NCBI GenBank assembly: GCA_031409655.1
Contig: JANNXQ010000195.1
Coordinates: 1-64,000, forward strand
DNA length: 64,000 bases
DNA from: Chthoniobacteraceae bacterium
Lineage (GTDB): Bacteria; Verrucomicrobiota; Verrucomicrobiia; Chthoniobacterales; Chthoniobacteraceae
Direction of reading: 5' to 3'
A program made the position numbers and the translations under genes. Below the pieces are notes generated by a model that was not told the DNA's origin, made no database searches, and saw only the letters and a list, made by a program, of their open reading frames with translations. How positions within the stretch are numbered: the stretch's first letter is position 1; each line of letters opens with the position of its first letter. Positions 1 to 8,696 of the stretch are shown here, piece by piece.

Positions 1-2
1 CC

Positions 3-866
3 GACGCGCCCACCCCGGCCAACCTCCCGTTCCTCTTCCACCCGTCCTACGCCATCCCCCCCGCCGACCTCCGCAAATCCATCCTCACCCTCGCCGTCCA
101 AGGCAAACTCGTCCCCCAAGACCCCAACGACGAACCGGCGGCCCGAGTTCTTGAACGCATTGATGCTGCGCCGAAACGTGCAATGCGGACGAGGGTCACG
201 GACGAAGAAGAGGGCGCCGAACCGACCGAGCTCGAACCTGTGTTCGAGCTACCTCCTAGCTGGGAGTGGGCACCGTTCCGAAGACTGCCGTTGCAAGCCT
301 CCGTCGGAATTGACCGAGGACGTTCCATGCAAGGGCCAGACAAGGCGGTTGGTTACTTCAAGATGAACAACATTCGGAACTCAGGCGGAGTCGATCTCTC
401 CGACCTTACCCGAATCGACGCGACGCCCGATGAAGTCGAAGCGTTCGCGCTGGCCGATGGGGATTTCTTGTTCAACACGAGAAACAGCAGAGAACTGGTT
501 GGTAAGACATGTGTGTTTCGCGCCCCGTCCGACGACCCCGTTCTCTACAACAACAACATCCTCCGTGTCCGATTCATCGAAGGATTCTCTCCAGACTTTC
601 TCGACTTCTGGTTTCGCAGCCCGGAAGGGAGCGCAGAACTTGAGAAGCTGAAATCCAACACGACGAACGTGTGCGCCATCTACCAAGGAAAACTCTCAGG
701 CTTTCCGTGCGTCATCCCACCCCTCGCCGAACAACGCCGGATCGTGGCCAAAGTGGAGCAACTGATGGCCTTGGTGGACGCGTTGGAAACGCAGCTCGCC
801 GCCTCCCGCGCCACCGCCGCGAACCTCCTCTCCGCCCTCGTCGCCGAACTCACGACCAAGGATTGA
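3..866 (+). CDS. hsdS: Type I restriction-modification specificity subunit (5'-truncated by the window edge)
   Basis: Frame is open from position 3. It reads LRKSILTLAVQGKLVPQDPNDEPA (central conserved region), FELPPSWEW, a TRD, and the C-terminal IPPLAEQRRIVAKVEQLMALVDALE. Confidence 0.93.
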   Translation, partial: DAPTPANLPFLFHPSYAIPPADLRKSILTLAVQGKLVPQDPNDEPAARVLERIDAAPKRAMRTRVTDEEEGAEPTELEPVFELPPSWEWAPFRRLPLQASVGIDRGRSMQGPDKAVGYFKMNNIRNSGGVDLSDLTRIDATPDEVEAFALADGDFLFNTRNSRELVGKTCVFRAPSDDPVLYNNNILRVRFIEGFSPDFLDFWFRSPEGSAELEKLKSNTTNVCAIYQGKLSGFPCVIPPLAEQRRIVAKVEQLMALVDALETQLAASRATAANLLSALVAELTTKD

Positions 867-869
867 CCC

Positions 870-1979
870 ATGCCACCGCTGATATTTGACCCGGAAGCCA
901 CCGTCGAAGAAATCGCCGGCATCGGCCGCCACGCCGCCTTTGATGCCGTCCTCGACGACAAAGATGACGACACGATCCAAGTGGTCTGCCGACGCGCCGA
1001 CGGCACGGAGATTCCCTTGGCCAATCCGGCCCGCGCCTTCTACTTCGGCGACCGCATTCTCTACACGGAAGAGTCGAAGCGCTACGACCTCGGCGAGAAG
1101 CAGCAAATCCTCAACACCGACACCTTCAACCGCAACGAGCGCCGGTTCGACGAACTCAAACGCGCCTGCCAGCGAGGTTTCGTGATTCCCTTCATCGGCG
1201 CGGGCATGTCGAAGAGCGCCGGATGTCCCGAGTGGAAGGAATACCTGCTCAATCTCTGCCCCGAGGCCGGATTCGACCAGGACGCCATGCGCCAGCGCCT
1301 CGAAGACCTGGGCGATTACGAAGGCGTGATGCACGATCTCGTCACCAAGCTCGGCGAGCCGCGCTTCAACCTCGATTTCGAGCGGGACTTCAACCCGCCG
1401 GGCGATTTTTCCGGTGCAGTGATGCGTCTGCCCGACCTGTTCGACAGTTGCGCCATCACCACCAATTTCGACCGCGTGCTGGAGAAAGCCTACGATAAGA
1501 GCGGCAAGGCCTTCGTCGAAAAGACCACCGGACGCGCACCCACGGGATCAATCAACGCGTTCTACCGTGCGATACCGGCTGGCGACCGCCACCTGCTCAA
1601 GCTGCATGGCAATCTGACCAACGTCGAAGAGCGCGTGCTGAACAAAGCCGAATACGACGACGCCTACGGCAACGACGGCAACATCCACTTTGAGCGCCCC
1701 GTGCCGAAGCTGCTGAAACGGCTCTACACCAGCTTCAGCTTCCTCTTTCTCGGCTGCAGCCTGAGCTTTGATCGCACCATCCAGACCTTCACCAAGATCG
1801 CCCAAGACGTCGGAGCCGACTCTCTCCCGCATCACTACGCCATCCTCGCCTGCCCGAGTGATCCCGACCGGAAAGCCAAACTCGAACAGCGCCTCGCCGA
1901 CGCGCACATCTCCGCCATCTGGTTTCCCGAAGGCGAGTATGAGCACATCGACCAGATGCTGGAACTCCTGCTCGCCTGA
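870..1979 (+). CDS. SIR2-family (SIR2_2-like) putative NADase, defence-associated
   Basis: Motifs VIPFIGAGMS, ITTNFD, LLKLHG and FLFLGCSL; about 85-aa unassigned N-terminal region; starts 3 nt after the hsdS stop. Confidence 0.88.
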   Translation: MPPLIFDPEATVEEIAGIGRHAAFDAVLDDKDDDTIQVVCRRADGTEIPLANPARAFYFGDRILYTEESKRYDLGEKQQILNTDTFNRNERRFDELKRACQRGFVIPFIGAGMSKSAGCPEWKEYLLNLCPEAGFDQDAMRQRLEDLGDYEGVMHDLVTKLGEPRFNLDFERDFNPPGDFSGAVMRLPDLFDSCAITTNFDRVLEKAYDKSGKAFVEKTTGRAPTGSINAFYRAIPAGDRHLLKLHGNLTNVEERVLNKAEYDDAYGNDGNIHFERPVPKLLKRLYTSFSFLFLGCSLSFDRTIQTFTKIAQDVGADSLPHHYAILACPSDPDRKAKLEQRLADAHISAIWFPEGEYEHIDQMLELLLA

Positions 1980-2057
1980 ACCTCGGTCTGACCGATCAGC
2001 CCAAGCAGGCGCTCATCATCTACACCGAGAGCGGCGGCCAGGGACGAGCGGGGGATG

Positions 2058-2125
2058 TCGAATGACGAATTCGGAATGACGATCGGGCTGAACTTTGAAA
2101 TTCGGACTTCTGCATTCGCACTTCG
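2058..2125. repeat. Degenerate 7-nt periodic inverted repeat (CGAATGA-type)
   Basis: cgaatga-cgaattc-ggaatga-cga ... ttcggac-ttctgca-ttcgcac-ttcg. Confidence 0.55.
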
Positions 2126-2218
2126 CCTGCCACCTTTCCACAGCCGCTCAGGCCGGGGAACGACATCCCGCTTGACTGAGAACCGGGCCTTGCGGCACGA
2201 ACGAAGGCGGATCACTTT

Positions 2219-2842
2219 ATGCCCGATGAAACTCCGCACCGACCTGCTGAAATTCGCGACGCCCGAGGAGGCGATGAAGGAGGGGCTGGCGCAGAATCAC
2301 CGCTACAAGCCCGAGCCGCTTTTCTCGCAAACTGGGACTGGGAGTCTGTCGTCGGCCACAACCGAGGAATGTGCGCAAGAGGAGGCGCGCAGCACGGAGC
2401 GAATTCAGAAAGCACTGCGCGAGTCGCAGCAGAGTGGGGCGGACGGCACGCCGTAGAGACCACGCTGGGCGAGACGCTCGACTATCTGCGTGGCTGCCAC
2501 CGGGCGGCACCGTTTCTCTTTTTCAACGGTAATACTTTCGCGGACATTGGGCGGACCTTCAGCGATTATCTTTTTGCCGAACTCCCGACGACGCGCCGCC
2601 GGCAGGCGACTTCCGCCGTCGCCCACTACATCGCAGGCGTGCTGGATCGGGAAGCCATGGCGGCGATCCTGACTGAACTCTGCCAAGCGGCGTCCTTTCA
2701 GGCTGGTGATCGCGTGAAGACCTTGCGCGGTTCGCTGCGGGGGACGATCACCCGAGTCCTGGAGGACGGTCGTGTGGCCGTGCGCGCGGATGGCAGCGCG
2801 AGTGAACTGCTTTGCCTCCCGGAAAGTCTCCCGCCCGATTGA
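2219..2842 (+). CDS. Degenerate Fic/Doc-like protein with C-terminal KOW/SH3-like domain (true start uncertain)
   Basis: APFLFFNGNT aligns without gaps to the Fic motif HPFxDGNGRT. C-terminus FQAGDRVKTLRGSLRGTITRV is KOW/SH3-like. Codons become GC3-rich after about 2456. Confidence 0.55.
   Translation: MPDETPHRPAEIRDARGGDEGGAGAESPLQARAAFLANWDWESVVGHNRGMCARGGAQHGANSESTARVAAEWGGRHAVETTLGETLDYLRGCHRAAPFLFFNGNTFADIGRTFSDYLFAELPTTRRRQATSAVAHYIAGVLDREAMAAILTELCQAASFQAGDRVKTLRGSLRGTITRVLEDGRVAVRADGSASELLCLPESLPPD
2226..2456 (+). CDS. 76-aa protein nested in the +1 frame of the Fic-like ORF (candidate antitoxin/partner)
   Basis: ATG 2226 to TAG 2456, MKLRTDLLKFATPEEAMKEGLAQ...; by hand count about 59 of 76 codons end in G/C, versus about half in the overlapping long frame. 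Confidence 0.6.
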   Translation: MKLRTDLLKFATPEEAMKEGLAQNHRYKPEPLFSQTGTGSLSSATTEECAQEEARSTERIQKALRESQQSGADGTP

Positions 2843-3042
2843 GTGAGGGTTTTCGCCGCCGCGAGCGCGGGATTTTTCGCCCTCCGAACTCGGATGCGAG
2901 GCAAGGCCGTCGACAGGCGTGGTCCCGGGCGGAAGTGCCGGGGTGGGGCGGATTCGCAGAATGCGAGGGGGATTCTGCAAAATGAGAGAAAGGCCGGGAC
3001 GAACGGGTGCCTGATAAGGGGGATTTGCTGGGGATGGGGGAG

Positions 3043-3060
3043 TTGGCACGGGTCCAGCTA
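3043..3060 (+). promoter_or_regulatory. Putative sigma-54 (-24/-12) promoter
   Basis: TTGGCACGGGTCCAGCTA has GG-N10-GC spacing and a perfect TGGCACG; about 80 nt upstream of the FN3 gene. Confidence 0.5.
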
Positions 3061-3137
3061 TGGACTGCGGAATCTTTGCACCCCGGCGTGTGCCGGGGAT
3101 CTGCGAAGGTTTTAAACCAAACCGAAACTAACCGACG

Positions 3138-3857
3138 ATGATCCGACCAACCGCCGTATGGGGGAAGAGCACTTGGAATTCACCAAGTGCCTACTGGTCA
3201 GGACCAAAGCCGGTAAAGAAAGGAGCAACGAAAGTGGGAAAAATAGCCACATATACATCGGGTCTTACTCCGGCTGAAAAATGCCTTCGTGGGGAGACCA
3301 TCTACACGCTCAGTCTGAACAATCAGAAATTGCCGGGCAATGGTCCGGCGCTGACGGAATTCAAGGCCGCCAATACGAAATTGACGGCGGCCTGTGCCAA
3401 GGTGGAGGTCTTGCGCGAGCGATTGGCCGACGCCGTCACTGATCGCGATGAGACGGAAGCGGCATGGGATGTGCAAATCACCTCCCTGGCCGGCGTGACC
3501 TACGGGATCGCGAACGGTGACCCTGCCGTCTATGAAAGCGCGGGCTTTGGCAGCACGCGTCCACCGACCCCGCCGCAGCCGCTGGAAGCGCCGCAGAATC
3601 TGACGGTGCAGACCAATGGCTCGCCGGGCGTGAGCAAGGTGAAGTGGAAGAACGATCCGGAGGCGGATTCGTATCTCATCCAATGCAGCCTGGACCCGAC
3701 CTCGCCGGCAAACTGGGGTCCATCCATGCCGACGGTGAAGGCCTCCTTTGAGGCGACCGGTGGCGAACCGGGGAAGGTGTGCTGGTTCCGCGTGTGCGGA
3801 GTGAATGCGCTGGGGCAGGGGCCCTGGAGCGAGCCGGCGCGGCGCCCGGTAATGTGA
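3138..3857 (+). CDS. Helical/coiled-coil N-terminal region plus C-terminal fibronectin type III domain protein
   Basis: EAPQNLTV...VKW...SYLIQ...WFRVCGVNALGQGPWSEP is an FN3 signature; no signal peptide. Confidence 0.8.
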   Translation: MIRPTAVWGKSTWNSPSAYWSGPKPVKKGATKVGKIATYTSGLTPAEKCLRGETIYTLSLNNQKLPGNGPALTEFKAANTKLTAACAKVEVLRERLADAVTDRDETEAAWDVQITSLAGVTYGIANGDPAVYESAGFGSTRPPTPPQPLEAPQNLTVQTNGSPGVSKVKWKNDPEADSYLIQCSLDPTSPANWGPSMPTVKASFEATGGEPGKVCWFRVCGVNALGQGPWSEPARRPVM

Positions 3858-3863
3858 CTGCCA

Positions 3864-4038
3864 AAAGTTGAGAGTTGAGAGCTGAGTGTTGAGAGCCGGT
3901 GATCGCGCTCTTAACACTCACTCTCAGCCCTCGGCTTCTTTACTGACCGATCGTTTCTAAAAGATAAGTCACCTTTCCCAGCGGCCCGCACATCGTCACC
4001 CGCGCGGCTCTCAACCATCAACGCTCCACTCTCAACTT
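3864..4038. repeat. 7-nt periodic repeat element (AGAGTTG / CTCTCAA arms)
   Basis: aaagttg-agagttg-agagctg-agtgttg-agagccg (3864-3898), with complementary runs at 3908-3936 and 4008-4038. Confidence 0.8.
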
Positions 4039-4049
4039 CCCCTCCTCCC

Positions 4050-4484
4050 ATGCCTTTCAACCCTAACCTGCCCATAGACGAGACGCTCTGCGATGCGGGG
4101 CAGATGCGTGATCAACTCAATAGTCTGAATAGTAAGATAGAAGCCATCCCGGCGGGACCGCCGGGGCCGGTGGGACCGCAAGGTCCGCAGGGGGATCCGG
4201 GGCCGCAGGGTGACGCGGGACCGGAAGGGCCGATGGGGCCGGAAGGTGCGCAGGGGCCGCAAGGCGAGCCGGGGCCGGCGGGTGGTCCGCCGGGACCGGA
4301 AGGTCCGCAAGGTCCGCCGGGCGAGGTGACGCTGGCGCAACTGGAGGAGGCGATCGCGGGGACGGCGCTGAACCCGAGCGGGGTGGGGCCATATACCGGG
4401 ACTTTCAGCGATCCGCCGACGCAGGCGGAGATGCAGGATTTCGCCGGCTATGTGGAAACGCTGCGGGTGACGCTGGTGCGATAG
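4050..4484 (+). CDS. Small collagen-like protein
   Basis: About 19 Gly-X-Y triplets with one interruption, flanked by short amphipathic helices; no signal peptide. Confidence 0.88.
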   Translation: MPFNPNLPIDETLCDAGQMRDQLNSLNSKIEAIPAGPPGPVGPQGPQGDPGPQGDAGPEGPMGPEGAQGPQGEPGPAGGPPGPEGPQGPPGEVTLAQLEEAIAGTALNPSGVGPYTGTFSDPPTQAEMQDFAGYVETLRVTLVR

Positions 4485-4502
4485 GGGCGGGCGCCTGGGT
4501 GC

Positions 4503-5129
4503 TCAGTGGGCGGCGGGGGCGGGGACGGAGGCGATGAAGTTACTCAGGATGCGGAGGCCGACGGTCTGGCTTTTCTCGGGATGGAACTGGACGGCGGAGA
4601 CGCGGCCGCGGGCGGCGCTGGCGGCGAAGGTTTCGCCGTAGGTGGTGCGCGCGGTGACGATGCCAGGGTCCGTGGGCTCGGGATAAAAGGAGTGGACGAA
4701 GTACACGTACGGCCGGGCGGGGAGTCCGCTCCAGAGGGGCAGGGTGGGGGGCGTGAGGTCGAGTTCGTTCCAGCCGATCTGCGGGACTTTGAGGCCGAGG
4801 CTGCGGAACTTTTTCACTTTGCCTCCAAAGAAGCCGAAGCCGCGGATGCCGGGGGATTCTTCGCTTTCCTCGAAGAGCATCTGGTAGCCGACGCAGATGC
4901 CGAGGAAGGGTTTGTCCGCGGCGAGCCAGGCGCGCAGGGGTTCCCAGAGGCCGCGGCTTTGCAGGCCGCGCACGCAGTCGCCAAAGGCGCCGACGCCCGG
5001 AAGCACGATGCCGTCCGCTTCGGCGAGGCGCTCGGGGGTGCTGATCAACTCCACGGCGGCCCCTTGATTCGCGAGGGCGTTCATGACGCTGCAGATATTG
5101 CCGCTCCCGTAGTCGATGAGGGCGATCAT
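4503..5129 (-). CDS. hisH: Imidazole glycerol phosphate synthase glutaminase subunit
   Basis: IDYGSGN, LPGVGAF, LGICVGYQ, YFVHSFY, QFHPEKS. Confidence 0.97.
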   Translation of the reverse strand: MIALIDYGSGNICSVMNALANQGAAVELISTPERLAEADGIVLPGVGAFGDCVRGLQSRGLWEPLRAWLAADKPFLGICVGYQMLFEESEESPGIRGFGFFGGKVKKFRSLGLKVPQIGWNELDLTPPTLPLWSGLPARPYVYFVHSFYPEPTDPGIVTARTTYGETFAASAARGRVSAVQFHPEKSQTVGLRILSNFIASVPAPAAH

Positions 5130-5132
5130 GGG

Positions 5133-5215
5133 GATTTCAGATTGGCGATTTCAGATTTCAGATCTGAAGTCTCCCGCCGCGCGCAATCTCCCATCTGCAA
5201 TCTGCCATCTGAAAT
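5133..5215. repeat. 7-nt periodic inverted repeat filling the hisB-hisH spacer
   Basis: gatttca-gattggc-gatttca-gatttca-gatctga ... caatctc-ccatctg-caatctg-ccatctg-aaat. Confidence 0.85.
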
Positions 5216-5803
5216 TCAAAGGGTTCCCTTGGTGCTCGGGATGCCTTCGACGCGGGGGTCGAGCTGGCAGGCTTGATCGATGGCGCGGGCGAGACCTTTG
5301 AAGACGGCTTCGGCCATGTGGTGGCCGTCGCGGCCGTAGAGGATTTCGACGTGGAGATTGATGCCGGCGTGGACGGAGAAGGCACGCAGGAATTCCTCGA
5401 GGAGGGTGAAGGGAAAGGTGCCGATGGCGGCGGGCGGATTGGCGGCGCGGAATTCGAGGAAAGGGCGGCCGCTGAAATCGACGACCACGCGGGCGAGGGT
5501 TTCATCCATGGGCACGTAGCACCAGCCGTAGCGGCGGATGCCGCGCTTTTCGCCGAGGGCGCGGCCAAAGGCCTGCCCGAGGGTGATGCCGGTGTCTTCC
5601 ACGGTGTGATGGAGATCGACCTGAATGTCGCCGTCGGCCTGGACCACGAGATCCACGAGGCTGTGCCGCGTAAAGAGGGTGAGCATGTGATCGAAGAAGG
5701 GAATCTTCGTCGCGATGTTCGCCTTGCCGCGGCCGTCGATGTTGAGTTCGACGGTGATGTCCGTTTCTCCGGTGACGCGTTCGATGCGGGCGTTGCGGTT
5801 CAT
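5216..5803 (-). CDS. hisB: Imidazoleglycerol-phosphate dehydratase
   Basis: FFDHML, DLHHTVED, PMDETL, HHMAEAVFK, IPSTKGTL. Confidence 0.97.
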   Translation of the reverse strand: MNRNARIERVTGETDITVELNIDGRGKANIATKIPFFDHMLTLFTRHSLVDLVVQADGDIQVDLHHTVEDTGITLGQAFGRALGEKRGIRRYGWCYVPMDETLARVVVDFSGRPFLEFRAANPPAAIGTFPFTLLEEFLRAFSVHAGINLHVEILYGRDGHHMAEAVFKGLARAIDQACQLDPRVEGIPSTKGTL

Positions 5804-5814
5804 AAAAGCGAGGG

Positions 5815-7116
5815 CTAGGCGCCGTCGTCGTCGCGGTTGCGCATCTTATTGTACACATTCAGGCCGATGAGCGCGGCGGCGATGGCGACGACGATCGTGA
5901 TCCAGCCGGGCACGGTCATGAAGAAGGACTTCTTTTCCTCTTCGACGGGGGCGGCGACGGCGACGCGCGCGACTTTCTTGGGCTCTTCCTTTGGCGGCGG
6001 AGTGGCCTTGGCGGCGGCAGCCTCGGTGGCGGCCGCGGCCGCGGCGAGGGTGGTGGCTTCCTTGGCGGCGATCTTCGCGTCGGCGAGTTCTGCGGTGAGG
6101 CGCTTGGCGATTTCGTTGGGCGCCCAGAGTTTGATGGCGGATTGGATCGCGGCGTCGGCCCCCGCGATGTCGTTCGAGGCGAGCTGGCTGCGCGCGCCTT
6201 CGGCGACTTTCAGCGATTCGCGGATGCTTGGGACAGGGAGTGCGGCGATGCGTTTGCTCTCGGTGCCGATCTTCTCGGCGATCTTTGCGAGTACCTTGCT
6301 GCTCCGCGCGGTCAGCAGTGGCCACTTCCGTCCGGCGCGGTCCGATGCCGCCATCGAGTCGAGCCCGGCGTCTTCGTCGCGTTTGGCGGCGGCTTCGAGT
6401 TCGGTGCGGGTGAGCGGTGCGGCCTGGAGGCGACCCGCGGCGTCGGTTTGCAGGGTCTTGTAGTTGCGTTCGACCACGGCCCGCAGATTCGGCAGGACTT
6501 GCTGCGCGAGTTCGATGGCGTCGGGGAAGGACTTGGCGCCGGGGAAGTTTTTCTCGATCTGGTCAAAGGTATTCAGCGCGCCGATGAGGTCGCCGCCAGC
6601 GGCCTGGCTGCGCATGTAGTTCAGCGCGATCAAGCCGTTGATCTGGTAGCGCTCTTTCTCGGCCTCGTCTTTGGAGAGCCACTTTTCCGCGATCTTCACT
6701 TCCCCGCCATCGACGCGCTTTTTCTCCGCGGTGACCGCTTCGGCGATCTTTTTGGCCCCGGCGACATTGGCGCTCTGCGGGAAGTTATTGATGAAGCTAT
6801 TGAGCGGACGCAGCAGGTCATCGTACTGCGCGGCAGGGAGCGAATTCGCGCCGAGCCTGAGGCCCTTGATGGCCGCCCACGGCGCGGCGTCCGGTGCTTC
6901 CTTTTCGATGCTCGCGATCTCGGCGCGTTTGATGGTCTTCCGATCCACGATGCTCGCAGATTCTTGGTACTCGATGGTGATGGAGGTGGCGTTTTCTTCG
7001 AGGATTTTACCCTCGATCTTCGCGCCGGATTTTAAGACGACGATTTCGCCAAAGGCCGACCACGAAAGGACGAGCCCGGCGGCGACGGAAAGCCAGGTGG
7101 GGGAGAGTTTCAGCAT
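5815..7116 (-). CDS. Exported helical protein with C-terminal membrane anchor (resembles verrucomicrobial PTPDL-like family)
   Basis: Signal peptide MLKLSPTWLSVAAGLVLSWSAFG, then VLKSGAKIEGKI, a TPR-like helical body and a C-terminal TM helix. Confidence 0.7.
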   Translation of the reverse strand: MLKLSPTWLSVAAGLVLSWSAFGEIVVLKSGAKIEGKILEENATSITIEYQESASIVDRKTIKRAEIASIEKEAPDAAPWAAIKGLRLGANSLPAAQYDDLLRPLNSFINNFPQSANVAGAKKIAEAVTAEKKRVDGGEVKIAEKWLSKDEAEKERYQINGLIALNYMRSQAAGGDLIGALNTFDQIEKNFPGAKSFPDAIELAQQVLPNLRAVVERNYKTLQTDAAGRLQAAPLTRTELEAAAKRDEDAGLDSMAASDRAGRKWPLLTARSSKVLAKIAEKIGTESKRIAALPVPSIRESLKVAEGARSQLASNDIAGADAAIQSAIKLWAPNEIAKRLTAELADAKIAAKEATTLAAAAAATEAAAAKATPPPKEEPKKVARVAVAAPVEEEKKSFFMTVPGWITIVVAIAAALIGLNVYNKMRNRDDDGA

Positions 7117-7186
7117 GGGGCGGGGAATAGAGCAGAGCATCGCGGGCGGCGGAAGAAAGAAAGCGTCCGGGGGTGAATGCCGATCC

Positions 7187-7265
7187 TCTTCCTCTTAATC
7201 TTCCTCTTTCTCTTCCTCATTTCCACTCAGCGGGAGGAAGAGGAAGAGGAAGATTAAGAGGAAGA
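7187..7265. repeat. 32-bp near-perfect inverted repeat of (TCTTCC)n/(GGAAGA)n hexamers
   Basis: Arms 7187-7218 and 7234-7265 differ at one position; 15-nt loop. Confidence 0.9.
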
Positions 7266-7323
7266 AATCACGGACGCCGGGACGGCTGTGCTCCGCTGAG
7301 CGATTGGGTCTTTCAACCGGCTG

Positions 7324-8569
7324 CTAAGGTCTTAGGTCCAGGCAGACGAGTTCGCGGGCGTCGCGGAGATAGAGCCGGCCATCGACATAGGCGGGATTGC
7401 ACCAGGTATTGCCGCAGGCTTGGGTCCGGCCGAGTTCCTGATATTCGTGCGGGTTCGCGGCGAAGAGGACGAGTTGGCCACCATCCGTGAGCGTGAGAAT
7501 GGTGCCGCCGAGCACGAGGAATCCGGCCTCGGCTCCCGCCTTCCGTCTGGATGAGTCCGGTCTTTTCCCACACTTGCTCGCCGGTCGCGAGGTCCAGGCA
7601 GACGATGTTCTTCGCCGGGCCGAGGCCGTAGAGATGTTCGCCGACGACGACGGGGCTGGAGAAGTTGATGGTCATCTTTTTGTTCACCCAGGCTTCGCTG
7701 GCGGTGAGGCCATCGGCGGACTTGGTGAGGCGCGTGGCGACGAGGCCGAGCTGATGGGAGCCCACGAGGACGAGATCTTGCCAGACGACGGGCGTGGTGA
7801 CATTGCGGCCGAGTCGCGTGACCGCCGGAACGCGCCAGAGCAGGCGGCCATCCGCGGGATCGAGGCCGATGAGCGCCTCGGCGGTGAAGCTGACGAATTG
7901 GCGCACGCCAGCGACCGTCGCGAGGATGGGAGCGGCGTAAGCGGACTGATCGCTCTGCGATTTCCAGACGACCTTGCCGGTGGCCTTTTCAAAAGCGACC
8001 ACGCTCGCGCCTTTGGTGCCGCCCACTTGTGCGATGATATTTTCACCGTCCACGATGGGGGAACCTGACGCGCCGTGGCGGCTCGCGCCCGCTGCCGTGC
8101 CACTTTCGCCGATGTAGCTGGCGCCGAAGTCCTCGACGAAATTCGTCCGCCAGAGCTGCTTGCCGGTCGCCGCGTCGAGGCACTGAAATTCACCCTTGGC
8201 CGTCTGCACAAAGATGCGCGAGCCATCGGCGACCGGCGTGCAGCGCGGGCCGATGCCAAAGCCGTCGCGGTGCGAGGAGCCGAGCGGCGGGGTGCGCCAG
8301 AGTTCCTGACCAGTGGCGGCATCGACGGCGTGGGCGACTTCCTGGTCCGCTTGGTTATCCAGGAAGTAAACGCGCCCATCCGCGACGACCGGTGAGGCAA
8401 AGCCGTCGCCGATCGGCAGGCGCCAGACGGCCTTTGGCTCCGCGGGCAGCGTGGTCATCGCCGGCCCTCCCGCCGGAACGTGACCGGTGCGCTCGGGGCC
8501 GCGCCATTGCGGCCAATCGGCTGCGGTGGCGGAAACACCGAAGGTGAGCAGTGCGAAGAGGCGAAGCAT
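7324..8569 (-). pseudogene. PQQ-like beta-propeller (BamB-like) exported protein, frameshifted near 7535 (or sequence error)
   Basis: Signal peptide, DWPQWRGP and propeller repeats. The proper C-terminus (AEAGFLVLGGTILTLTDGG...WCNPAYVDGRLYLRD) continues in another frame, ending at 7324. Confidence 0.8.
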
Positions 8570-8696
8570 GCGCAGACGAATGCCGAAATCCGCGGAGCGA
8601 AGCAATGAGCCAATGGGCCTCGCTGCCCGACGCGATTCGGGAATTGCTTCGGCTGGCGTTCCCCCTTAGCGGAGAGCGCTACCTTTCTTCCCGCCC

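Noticed and set aside
3138..4484. Prophage remnant suggested by the collagen and FN3 genes
   Set aside because: No capsid, terminase, tail, integrase or lysis genes are recognisable in the window.
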